From Candidatus Bathyarchaeota archaeon (lineage in GTDB: Archaea; Thermoproteota; Bathyarchaeia; TCS64), in the NCBI GenBank assembly GCA_963769425.1, contig CAVYLP010000006.1, positions 32,001-96,000 on the forward strand: a stretch of DNA of 64,000 nucleotides, in the 5' to 3' direction. Below, piece after piece: positions 10,680-20,125 of this stretch. The notes beneath the pieces are model-generated. The model saw nothing but the letters and a program-made list of their open reading frames with translations, searched no databases and was not told where the DNA came from. The position numbers and the translations under genes were made by a program. Position 1 is the stretch's first letter. The number at the start of each line of letters is the position of its first letter.

Positions 10680-11558
10680 CTACACTTTGACTTCGAGTTC
10701 ATCGATTGACGAAGCTCCATAATTAACTACCCCTTCGATCGGGACTCTATGCTCCTTACGTCCCTTGAAGAGACTCACAGTCTGATAGCCCGCACAATTG
10801 ATGGCCCTCAGAGCCTCAGCAATCCTGAACCCAAGAGTCTCTGGTACATGAGTATCGCTGCCCACTGTTACTTTTTTAACACCCGCGTCATGAGCTGCTT
10901 CGATGAACTCGAAAAGTGGGAAGAACTCCCCAGCACCATGTCTCAGGCAGGAAGTGTTTACTTCAAACCCCACGCCATAGTCCGCGAGCGAGTCAATAGG
11001 CTCAGTTGCTGCCTCCCTAATGTCGCTCCAGACTAGTTGCTCTGGCCTAACAAGGTGGAGATACTTTTTGAAGTAATCAGGGTGTGCCATCACGTCGAAT
11101 AGACCACTCTCAACACCCATCTTCCACACCTTGAAATACTCACTAACGGCCTCATGGATGCTTCTCCCACTATAGAAGGCCTCAGCATCTCTACCCGACG
11201 CTATCTCCAACCCATTTACCGTGTGGACGCTTCCGAGAATGAAATCAAAAGGATACTCTGACAGCAGTTCGCCGATGTGTCGCTCCTCCTCCGGGAAATA
11301 ATCCACTTCGAGCCCCGTCCTCAAAACAACGGAAGTTCGACTCTGAGCCTCATAGATGCTTTCCAGATACTCGTCGATCTCACCGATCTTTATCCCGAAC
11401 CCCTTAGACGGACCAGCGGACATGTAATGAGTTGTGAATACAACCTCCTTCACTCCCCTATTTTTCGCGGATTCAACAATGTTATCAACTGTAGTGTGAC
11501 GAGCGTCGCCGCTATGCCTCTCATGAACATGGTAATCTATCAAACGTGTTGGAGACAT
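10680..11558 (-). CDS. PHP-family histidinol-phosphatase-like protein
   Basis: DYHVH, GLEVDY, LGSVH, AHPD, GSDTH. Confidence 0.85.
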   Translation of the reverse strand: MSPTRLIDYHVHERHSGDARHTTVDNIVESAKNRGVKEVVFTTHYMSAGPSKGFGIKIGEIDEYLESIYEAQSRTSVVLRTGLEVDYFPEEERHIGELLSEYPFDFILGSVHTVNGLEIASGRDAEAFYSGRSIHEAVSEYFKVWKMGVESGLFDVMAHPDYFKKYLHLVRPEQLVWSDIREAATEPIDSLADYGVGFEVNTSCLRHGAGEFFPLFEFIEAAHDAGVKKVTVGSDTHVPETLGFRIAEALRAINCAGYQTVSLFKGRKEHRVPIEGVVNYGASSIDELEVKV

Positions 11559-12939
11559 TCCATTATCATTTAGGGAAAGGTCTTCTTATTTATATAGAAA
11601 ACTGATATATTCTATAGCGATAAAATATTCTATATATGTTATTAGTGAGGCAAATTAAAAGTCGGCGCACGCGCTAAAGTGGATCGCCCGGATTAAACCC
11701 ACACGGCACATTTTACGAATATAAAATACCAGTGCTAATCTTAAATTCGCTGATTGAGAAACAGTGTGTGCATATAGAATCAGTAACCATCTTATACTCT
11801 ATATTTTATATGAATTAAGGTGTTGATGTTTTACACAATAAATTACTTCGAATTACCTTATATCAAGGCATACATCAAAAGAACACGCTTCCTTTTTTGC
11901 CAAGTAGAAGCATATAAGCATCGGGGGCTGAAGAAGCCCCATTTTAATTAATAATATAATTGCGAAATTATGGCTAGTAATTAAAAACATAACTAAATAT
12001 TGAATAGATTTCTATATATTCATTAAAAACAATATTAATTATGTCGAGAAGATATAAAAGTAAACGATGGTGTGATTAAATCGATGAAAAATGAGTGGAA
12101 TGGAAATCATGTGGTTTAGAGAATATATGCACGACAAGGAGTCGTTAAACAGAGACGATACAGAAGCCTCGAGGGAGAAAAAACTCGAAATCATGTTAAC
12201 TAGTAACAAGAATGAAAAAATGCGTAAAGCTATCTCTCCTTAAAGAAATTTCTTGACTTTTTGAGATATTCTCCAACGAGGAATCAATCTATTTGCATAC
12301 CTAAGGATGAAAATCCTAAAAGTAAAGCAGATATAACTCTCTAAAAATGCTCCTGAAAGTAGGTTAGTGACCATAATAAATTGTTTATCTAGGTTAGGAG
12401 AAAATATTCCCAACGAGTAGGAGCGATGAATCATATGAGATTATTGTTAAAATTATAGATAATATGTAGATATAGAGTCTTGGGGTATTATTATTAATAT
12501 ATATTTTATTTGGATAAAGGATATAATTAAAAAGTGATATTTATAATCGTGAGATAACTTGAAGATCAACGTCCAGAAAAGGGAGAAAAAAACATCAAAG
12601 AATAAGGAAGACCAATTAATTTCAGCCATATCGTTAACTCTTGAAACAGATTTAATGACAGATGATGATCTGGAATTTATTTCGGCTCAAGCTCATCTTC
12701 TAGACTCGATATTTTATTAACCATCTATTTTAATTCGCGCGAGATCTATCAACGGGAAATTTAGTCCTAGAAATTTTGAACGATGATCAAAGAAAGGCTA
12801 ATCCAGAAAGTATCATTAATCGACACGCCGGCTAGCAACGAAGTGCGCGTTACAAACATTATTTCCGCCAACGAAAAAGAAGTATTTTTGTGAATCTCAG
12901 AGACTTCTTCATTTCTGATGTGAAATAGGCGCACGCGAA

Positions 12940-13150
12940 GATAGAAAAGTTGCCTTCTTCATCTCGACATGCTAGCCGAAGACAAGTACATAAAAGCCAT
13001 GTTAGAAAAGCGTCCCAAACTAAAGCCCGTTACGACTACCCTGCTCGGTGGTAGATTCAAGTTTTTTAGTCGTACTTTTGAATCCGCTACTGGCGTATCC
13101 AATGTTGAGGCTTGGGCAGATGAACTTGGCTCAAAACTTGAAAAATGATT
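12940..13150 (+). pseudogene. decayed flavodoxin-domain (HemG-like) fragment
   Basis: RKVAFFIS followed in another frame by ...KLKPVTTTLLGGRFK...VEAWADELGSKLEK*; no intact N-terminus. Confidence 0.35.
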
Positions 13151-13169
13151 TGAGGCTTTGCAGATTAAG

Positions 13170-13706
13170 CTATTTTACGAAAACAAGTAAGCGATCATCA
13201 AACATACGACTCAATAAAACAAGTTTCTTCGCCTCAGCAAGTTTAACGACCTCATTATAATCTACATGCATCGGGAACACAGTCGCCATTCCCCCAATCT
13301 TGAGAACCCTTCTAACCTCCTCGAACAACGAGTTCTTGTCGGATACTTCCTGAATGACATCTATCAGAAGAACATGGTCGACTGATGCATCACCCAGCTG
13401 TATCTTATCATTCGCTGAAGAGTTCAAAATCCTAATATTTTTCAGGCCCTCTGTTTCGGCTCTTCTCCTCAGTTTGTCTAATGCACCCTCGTCGATGTCA
13501 AGGGCGTATACTGTTCCTGTTTCGCCGACGAGAGTAGCTGAGGGTACCGTGTATGTTCCTGAACCGCAGCCAACGTCTAAGATGTTTTGTCCCTCACTGA
13601 TCCCGATCTCCTTGAGACATGTTAGGGAGTTTCTTGACAGCCATACCTTGAACCTCATTTCGTCTAGGTGGAATAGGAACCTGAGGTGTTTACCAGCGTG
13701 GCTCAT
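13170..13706 (-). CDS. class I SAM-dependent methyltransferase
   Basis: ILDVGCGSG, VYALD, RVLKIGG. Confidence 0.9.
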   Translation of the reverse strand: MSHAGKHLRFLFHLDEMRFKVWLSRNSLTCLKEIGISEGQNILDVGCGSGTYTVPSATLVGETGTVYALDIDEGALDKLRRRAETEGLKNIRILNSSANDKIQLGDASVDHVLLIDVIQEVSDKNSLFEEVRRVLKIGGMATVFPMHVDYNEVVKLAEAKKLVLLSRMFDDRLLVFVK

Positions 13707-13789
13707 GAATCACGAGAAGTATGCCCCACTTATTACACTAATCTAATCTCCAGTAACCGCGAGCCTCAACGACTACAAGGAAGGAGCGA

Positions 13790-14460
13790 CTACTTTCTAT
13801 GGGAAGGAAGTGTCCTTCTTCTCACCCCTCTAACTTCTATCTGCGCGCGTGAGAGAGAACTAGTTCAAGACTTTCTTTCTCCCCGACGGCGACGCCTTCT
13901 TCGACTACACAGTTGCCACCGTGGACTACTACAGGAGATCGCTGAGGGCCCCACCACTAGTGGTAATAAGAATCGATGTAAAAGACCGGAAGACAAGCTT
14001 CCCCAAACACACAAAGTGATACTCCGTTCCGCCTTTCACGAGGTGTCTGAGGGACGAGATCATCCCCTATGTCGACGGACCAGGAAGCCCCACGCATCAT
14101 AAAAAACTCCTTGGACACTCACTGGGAGGTCTCCACGCTCTTGGCTCCATGCTCGAGGGAGACGAACTTTTCAACGCATGGGTCGTATTTAGCCCAAGCT
14201 TGCAACTACGGGCAGCGTAACTGAAAATGCTCTTCGAAACACGCAGGGAGTCGACCTCGGGTTCACTATTTCTTGCATCAGACGGAGACTCGCCCCATGA
14301 TGCTAAGGTTGCTCAGGATCTCATCGAATCACTGGAAGCTAGAAACCATGAGCAGCTGAGAATACGCCATCTCGTCTATCCCGAGCAGACCACTTCACCA
14401 TCTTCGTTAAAGCTTTCCCAGATTCTCTAGAATTCCTCGTACCAGTTATTGCTCATAGAT
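13790..14460 (+). pseudogene. decayed alpha/beta-hydrolase (IroE-like esterase)
   Basis: LGHSLGGLHA...FNAWVVFSPSL at ~14110-14200 among stops and frameshifts. Confidence 0.55.
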
Positions 14461-14842
14461 ATAAAAATGTAAATGGCTGAGAATCTCGCACCGCGTGCGC
14501 GTGTGTATGCTGGCAAGAATGAAGGGTTTTGAACCTTAATGGATTCAGGTCCTGATTAATAGGCTAACAAACAAATGTCCAAAAATACTCAATTATCCGA
14601 AAGTGTAATTTATTGTGTGTGAGGGGTGGGGCACCAACCCGTGTTCTAGTATTGAGAATCCATTTTCAATGAATTGAACCATAGTACGAGTAAGTGGCTT
14701 TGTGTCTGATTTTGCTTGGAAACATTCGTACAACAAAGAAGACTACAAGTCCAGCTACCGCTACGACCAAGGCGCGCTGCCCTGTAATAACGTATATAGT
14801 AGATTTAACAACTGTATCCTTTCACGGAGTCATTAATCCGGA

Positions 14843-15652
14843 TTGATTCGGGATGGTAACATGGCTTCTCCGGAGATAACAGAAAAGGCGTCAATAAACG
14901 ATTCAGCGAATTCATCTGAGATAATCTTGAAAGTGTCTGGCCTTACAAAAAAGTTTGGGGACTTCACGGCGGTCGATCACATTAGCTTCGAGATCCATAA
15001 GGGAGAAGTATTTGGGCTACTCGGTCACAATGGAGCAGGAAAGACAACAACAGTCAACATGCTCGCCGGACTCAAACTCCCAACTGAGGGGACAGCCACC
15101 ATCTCAGGGTTCGATATAAGAAAGAAACCTCTTGATGCCCGGATGAGAATCGGTTTCTTGCCCGATAACCCAGGTAACTACCTCCACCTAACAGCGAAAC
15201 AGAACCTTGAATTCTTCGCCGAACTCTCAGATCTAAAGAAGGAAGTCGCCTCAAAACGAATCTCCGATTTACTTGAGCTGGTTGGGCTAACCGAATGGCG
15301 CGACAAAAAGGTTGGAGTATTTAGCCGGGGTATGAAGCAGCGTCTTGGACTGGCTCAAAGTTTGATGAGGGATCCTGATCTCCTCTTCCTAGATGAGCCC
15401 ACCCTCGGAATCGATCCTGAGGGGACGCGAGAGATGCGTGGCTTAATCAAAAAATTAGCCAGTGAGGGTAAGGGAATCTTAATCTGCAGTCATTTACTGA
15501 GCGAGGTTAGCAGGCTCTGTGACACCATCGCAATTATGAGAAAGGGAAAAATCGTGGTGATAGGCACTATCCCGGAGTTAAGGAAGAAGCTTGGACTGGG
15601 TGACAACATAGATCTCGAAGAGATCTTCATCCAAGTTCACGAGGGTGAATGA
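14843..15652 (+). CDS. ABC-2 type transporter ATP-binding protein
   Basis: GHNGAGKTT, FSRGMKQR, LDEPT. Confidence 0.93.
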   Translation: MIRDGNMASPEITEKASINDSANSSEIILKVSGLTKKFGDFTAVDHISFEIHKGEVFGLLGHNGAGKTTTVNMLAGLKLPTEGTATISGFDIRKKPLDARMRIGFLPDNPGNYLHLTAKQNLEFFAELSDLKKEVASKRISDLLELVGLTEWRDKKVGVFSRGMKQRLGLAQSLMRDPDLLFLDEPTLGIDPEGTREMRGLIKKLASEGKGILICSHLLSEVSRLCDTIAIMRKGKIVVIGTIPELRKKLGLGDNIDLEEIFIQVHEGE

Positions 15653-16624
15653 TTGCCCGGGGTATTGACAATCGCCAAGAAGGAATTCATCGACCACGTC
15701 TCAGACCAGACTTTCCTACTTTGCTTTGGAACCCTGCTCCTTGTAATGGTCGCATCTACCTTCTATCAACTCGACTATATACACACACAGATGGTCAGTT
15801 TAGCAACAAGCTCAGGCTACATAGAGAGTGAACTCTGGAAAGATAACCGGGTCTCCCAGATGCTCCAGACCCTCTTGACAGAGAACATATCCTCTTTGGG
15901 TGCCCTGGTCGCAATAGCCCTGAGCTTCAACTCCATTAATAAGGAAAGGACGGAGGGAAGCCTCCGAGTCCTACTATCTTACCCCATCAGCAAGGCGAAG
16001 ATAATACTCGGCAAACTGCTAGGGGGATTCATAGTCATAGTCATAGTTGTGCTAACCTCGATGGTGATTTCACTCAGCATCGAGATGTACTCGCTGTCAA
16101 TACCCCTTTCAGGTGAGTTCTTTCTGAGGGTAGTTACTATAATTGGCTTAGGGATTGTTCTTCTAGCCTTCTTCCTCTGCCTCGGGACGGCTGTTTCTAT
16201 CGTCATACCCGATCCATCCACATGCCTCATCAGTCTGCTTGTTATCACCACTCTACTTCAAGTCAACACAATAGCCATGATAATAGTAGCTGTGGGTAAT
16301 CTCTTTCCAAGGTCAATATCCATAAACGGTGGCCGAGGTAACCTACAATACGCCCCAAGTACATATAGCTGGCAGAGACCCCCAGTGTTATCGCTGATAA
16401 ATAGAAACTGGCTGAAGGTCTCACCTGTCCTTTCCTATCGTACGGTCTCGGACAATATCTTCCATTTTCAAAACACATTCTCAACAGGTCACATACTAAT
16501 AATACCAATTGAATTCACATGGCTTCTTCCCAGAAACATCGATCTCATGTGGACACCCGTGATCTACCTAGCATTTGCGTTCGTAGCTTGCTTCATACTA
16601 TTTCAATTGAGGGACATCGATTGA
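15653..16624 (+). CDS. ABC-2 family permease
   Basis: IAKKEF, FNSINKERTEGSLRVLLSYP. Confidence 0.88.
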   Translation: MPGVLTIAKKEFIDHVSDQTFLLCFGTLLLVMVASTFYQLDYIHTQMVSLATSSGYIESELWKDNRVSQMLQTLLTENISSLGALVAIALSFNSINKERTEGSLRVLLSYPISKAKIILGKLLGGFIVIVIVVLTSMVISLSIEMYSLSIPLSGEFFLRVVTIIGLGIVLLAFFLCLGTAVSIVIPDPSTCLISLLVITTLLQVNTIAMIIVAVGNLFPRSISINGGRGNLQYAPSTYSWQRPPVLSLINRNWLKVSPVLSYRTVSDNIFHFQNTFSTGHILIIPIEFTWLLPRNIDLMWTPVIYLAFAFVACFILFQLRDID

Positions 16625-16665
16625 ACACATTAAAAATCAGCTGTCTTAAAACGAGGGAACCATAG

Positions 16666-17568
16666 ATGCCGGGGATATTCACGATTATCAAGAAAGAGGT
16701 CTCAGATGCTATTACGAATCGATCATTTCTGCTCTCATTTGGGATCCTCCTTTTATGCATGGTTTTAGCTGGCTTCGCAGCAGGAAACGCATTCAACTCC
16801 CAACGCATGGCAGCATCCAGAGACCGACTGCTCATCCTAAGCGATATCGCTCCAATAATCACACTACTCGGAGCATTAGTCGCAGTAGCTCTAGGGTTCA
16901 ACTCAATAAACAAGGAGAGGCCTGAAGGGAGTCTCAAAGTCATGTTATCCTACCCAATCTACCGAGACCAGATTATACTTGGAAAACTCATGGGTAACCT
17001 CATTATAACCACACTCGCCACAACCGCATCCACGGCAATATCTCTCGCCTTCTATCTTCAAATTACTAAAATCTTGTTTGACCCTGAGATGTTGATCCGC
17101 TACACGACTTTGACCCTTCTTGCTATTCTGCTACTAGGTGGTTACCTAGGGCTGAGTATCCTTCTATCAGCCTACTTCAACGATCCTAAGACGACTCTCT
17201 TAGTCACATTCCTATTTCTAGGTGTATTCAACTCGGAGACTCTTTATTCGTATGGTCAGATTTTATCCAATCTCGTATATGGAAATCAATTACGGGTTTT
17301 TGGGCCCGGGGGATCAGTACCCACGTATCCACCAGCAAAAGCGGTTCAAGATTTTATTTCAAGCCTCTCCCCAGCTTGGGACTTCAATACATTCTCTACA
17401 AACCTTGGAAATTATCTACAACCCTACACCACTAACAATATCGTTATTAACGCACGTTTCTGGGATCTTGTAACAAATAATCTGGTATACCTCCCCGTTT
17501 TAATATTACTACCACTTGCAACCTTCATCGGTTGCTACATATTATTCACTAAGACAGACATCGATTAA
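16666..17568 (+). CDS. ABC-2 family permease (paralog)
   Basis: FNSINKERPEGSLKVMLSYPIYRD. Confidence 0.88.
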   Translation: MPGIFTIIKKEVSDAITNRSFLLSFGILLLCMVLAGFAAGNAFNSQRMAASRDRLLILSDIAPIITLLGALVAVALGFNSINKERPEGSLKVMLSYPIYRDQIILGKLMGNLIITTLATTASTAISLAFYLQITKILFDPEMLIRYTTLTLLAILLLGGYLGLSILLSAYFNDPKTTLLVTFLFLGVFNSETLYSYGQILSNLVYGNQLRVFGPGGSVPTYPPAKAVQDFISSLSPAWDFNTFSTNLGNYLQPYTTNNIVINARFWDLVTNNLVYLPVLILLPLATFIGCYILFTKTDID

Positions 17569-17627
17569 TTTTCAGGAGACTCACAGTAATCAAGCTATGC
17601 AAACTTGTAAATAACCAATTTACAACC

Positions 17628-19439
17628 ATGCTCATTATGGGTTTCTCGAAGAGTTTCATTCAATCCGATCATGGTCTAGGAATAAAAATCCAAAAAGTGT
17701 TAGCTCTTCTCTTTCTACTATCGATGGTGTTTCAAATTACGGCCCTAATAAGGGCTGAATCCTATAACTTTCATGGTGTAATAGTCGATGATGCCGGTAA
17801 CCCGATCCCCAACGCCGAAATTCAGGTCTATGACCTGCTAAAGGTATCGAGCCAGAATTACCAGAACGGCTACTATGTAACAACAGCTTCAACTCAAAGC
17901 GATGGCTCCTACAACATACCACTATATCTTGGAACCTTCAAACTACTATACGCTAAGGCAGGTTATGAGAAGCAGACTAAGATACTGGGTTTCACGATAG
18001 CTCAGGACGTCGACCTCGGCGAGACAATGATGACGAGAAGTGTCTCGATCAGTTTGACCTTCACCGAGAGAACAATTTCACCCGGTACTATTCTTACTGT
18101 GCCAATGACTATCATTAACGTTGGGGATCAGGATGAGTCCGTCCAGTTGCAGACTTTCAACAATGCAACCTTGGAAACGACGATTCTGGATAACGTAGGT
18201 GAGGTGGACGCTATGACGGTGAAAGCCGGAGCAGCTGTACAGCTTAACTTAAGAGTAATCATCCCATTAAACGCAAAAGGTGCCGCTATAGTCACTGTTA
18301 CCACGTTAGGCGCCGCTACATCCAAGTCGAGTCTAAAGATCACTATCGCTGGGGAACAACCTCATTTTGTCAGTTGTCAGTACCCATCGAGAGATACCTC
18401 CCCAGGAGCCGAGGTATCATTCAAGGTACAAGTTACAAACCCTTATCCCAACCAAGTTGAAGCAAATTTCACACTGAAAGGTATCTCAAATGAATGGAAT
18501 CCTTTGATTCTAAACGATGCGAAGGCTCAGATCCGATCAATGAATATACCCGGTAGTGGGTCTAGCGAAATCACAATCGTAGTCGATGTACCACAGACGA
18601 TAAAAGCGAATACTACACTCACAGCGGAGCTTCAGACAAACCTCGGAGGACTCATTGATACAACACCTCTTAACATCTTTGTTCAACATAGACTTTTGGC
18701 ATTGGGGATAAAAACAAGTTATCCTGTTCAGACAGTTGAACTCGGTAAATCAGCTTCATTTCCGATCACACTATCTAACCCTGGGGAGACCGATGAGACG
18801 TTAAGCCTTTCAATGGATTATCTCCCGGCAAAATGGATTGGAACATTCACAACGGATTCCGGAGGAGCAATCCAGTCGATACTCATCAATGCGCGTTCGA
18901 GTGTGAATCTTTTCGCCGTATTCAAACCTAATGTCGACGCTAAACCTTTAGTTTATAATATGTTAGTTAAAGCGATTTCCACGAATCTTAATGGAACCCT
19001 CGCTCTTAGAGTCGAGCTGGTCGGCAGTACGAACATGAGCCTAAAGGTTGCTAATCTCTATGGCCAGATGAACGTGGGTGAAACTAAGGATATTCAGGTT
19101 ACGCTTGAAAACACGGGCTATTCCACAATAACATATCCAACACTACTTATTGATCCTTCTGTCAACACAATTGTAGTTGAGTATTCTCCAATCGACGTGA
19201 TTGCGATTCTGCCTGGTCAGTCGCAGGTATTCACACTTCACGTGACAGCGCAGGAGGGAACCGCTCAGGGAGATTATATCATTAATATTAAAGGGTATAG
19301 CCCCGAATTTCTAACTGATCCCGTGGATATTCGAATGACGGTAGCGGCGAGTGGCTCACAAACGTTGATTATTGTAGGCGTATTAGTCGTTGCTTTTATG
19401 TCAATAATTGTCGTATATAGAAGATTTAGGAGAAGGTAA
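17628..19439 (+). CDS. surface protein with carboxypeptidase-regulatory-like and NEW3/COG1470 Ig-like repeats
   Basis: Signal peptide, GVIVDDAGNPIPNA, repeated N-G beta-sandwich units, C-terminal TM plus RRFRRR. Confidence 0.8.
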   Translation: MLIMGFSKSFIQSDHGLGIKIQKVLALLFLLSMVFQITALIRAESYNFHGVIVDDAGNPIPNAEIQVYDLLKVSSQNYQNGYYVTTASTQSDGSYNIPLYLGTFKLLYAKAGYEKQTKILGFTIAQDVDLGETMMTRSVSISLTFTERTISPGTILTVPMTIINVGDQDESVQLQTFNNATLETTILDNVGEVDAMTVKAGAAVQLNLRVIIPLNAKGAAIVTVTTLGAATSKSSLKITIAGEQPHFVSCQYPSRDTSPGAEVSFKVQVTNPYPNQVEANFTLKGISNEWNPLILNDAKAQIRSMNIPGSGSSEITIVVDVPQTIKANTTLTAELQTNLGGLIDTTPLNIFVQHRLLALGIKTSYPVQTVELGKSASFPITLSNPGETDETLSLSMDYLPAKWIGTFTTDSGGAIQSILINARSSVNLFAVFKPNVDAKPLVYNMLVKAISTNLNGTLALRVELVGSTNMSLKVANLYGQMNVGETKDIQVTLENTGYSTITYPTLLIDPSVNTIVVEYSPIDVIAILPGQSQVFTLHVTAQEGTAQGDYIINIKGYSPEFLTDPVDIRMTVAASGSQTLIIVGVLVVAFMSIIVVYRRFRRR

Positions 19440-19759
19440 GATATCACTAACAGATGTTAAACTATCGGAACTTATTCGCTTGCGTATTACATTAAGCAAG
19501 GATTGAGCGCGAGTAGTTTGTTGTGTGCGCAACATGGCGCCTATACAAGACTGGATGCAAACTTCAAGAACGTAGGCATATTCGATCTGTCCCCGAGGGT
19601 TGACAGGTATCATGAGTCATTAGTTTTCAGAAGGTGGCAAGCACTGACAAGACTTAGCAGGTGGAGTGGGACCATAACGGATATGTTTTGGACGTTTACT
19701 CTGGTTGGTTTTTCAGTGTGAGGACGTATCAATAGGAAGCAGTATCCTAATCAAAATGA

Positions 19760-19980
19760 GGAAACAAGTTCGCTCATGTATTCGATGCTTGGAGTTTTTG
19801 GCGCGCGCTCAGAGACCTGCCTGAAAGCTATGCACTCTTTGATCTTCTCGGGATCCATCAAGTCACAGCAATTCGCAACAGCCTTGAGCGAATATATAGC
19901 TGTCCCAATCGTTGACTCCCTATAACCCTAGTTCTTTAACCAGAAACTGTGCTCAAGAATTAGAACAACCTGCTGATCAT
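19760..19980 (-). pseudogene. N-terminal remnant of a tyrosine recombinase/integrase
   Basis: Minus frame LEHSFWLKN*GYRESTIGTAIYSLKAVANCCDLMDPEKIKECIA resembles archaeal integrase N-domains; adjoins a tRNA 3'-like fragment. Confidence 0.5.
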
Positions 19981-20024
19981 AGCTCTGCTCGGAAACCCCA
20001 GATAGCAGCACTGAGTTCAGAGGT

Positions 20025-20081
20025 TGGTGGGATCGAAGGGACTTAAACCTATGTGGGTTCAAGTCATACCAGTCTCCACCA
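20025..20081. other. two back-to-back tRNA 3'-end-like fragments (att-site scars)
   Basis: Minus AGGTTTAAGTCCCTTCGATCCCACCA (20025-20050); plus GTGGGTTCAAGTCATACCAGTCTCCACCA (20053-20081). Confidence 0.5.
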
Positions 20082-20125
20082 ACTATTTTTACTGTATGTA
20101 TATGCACCTTATCAATTGAAAATCC

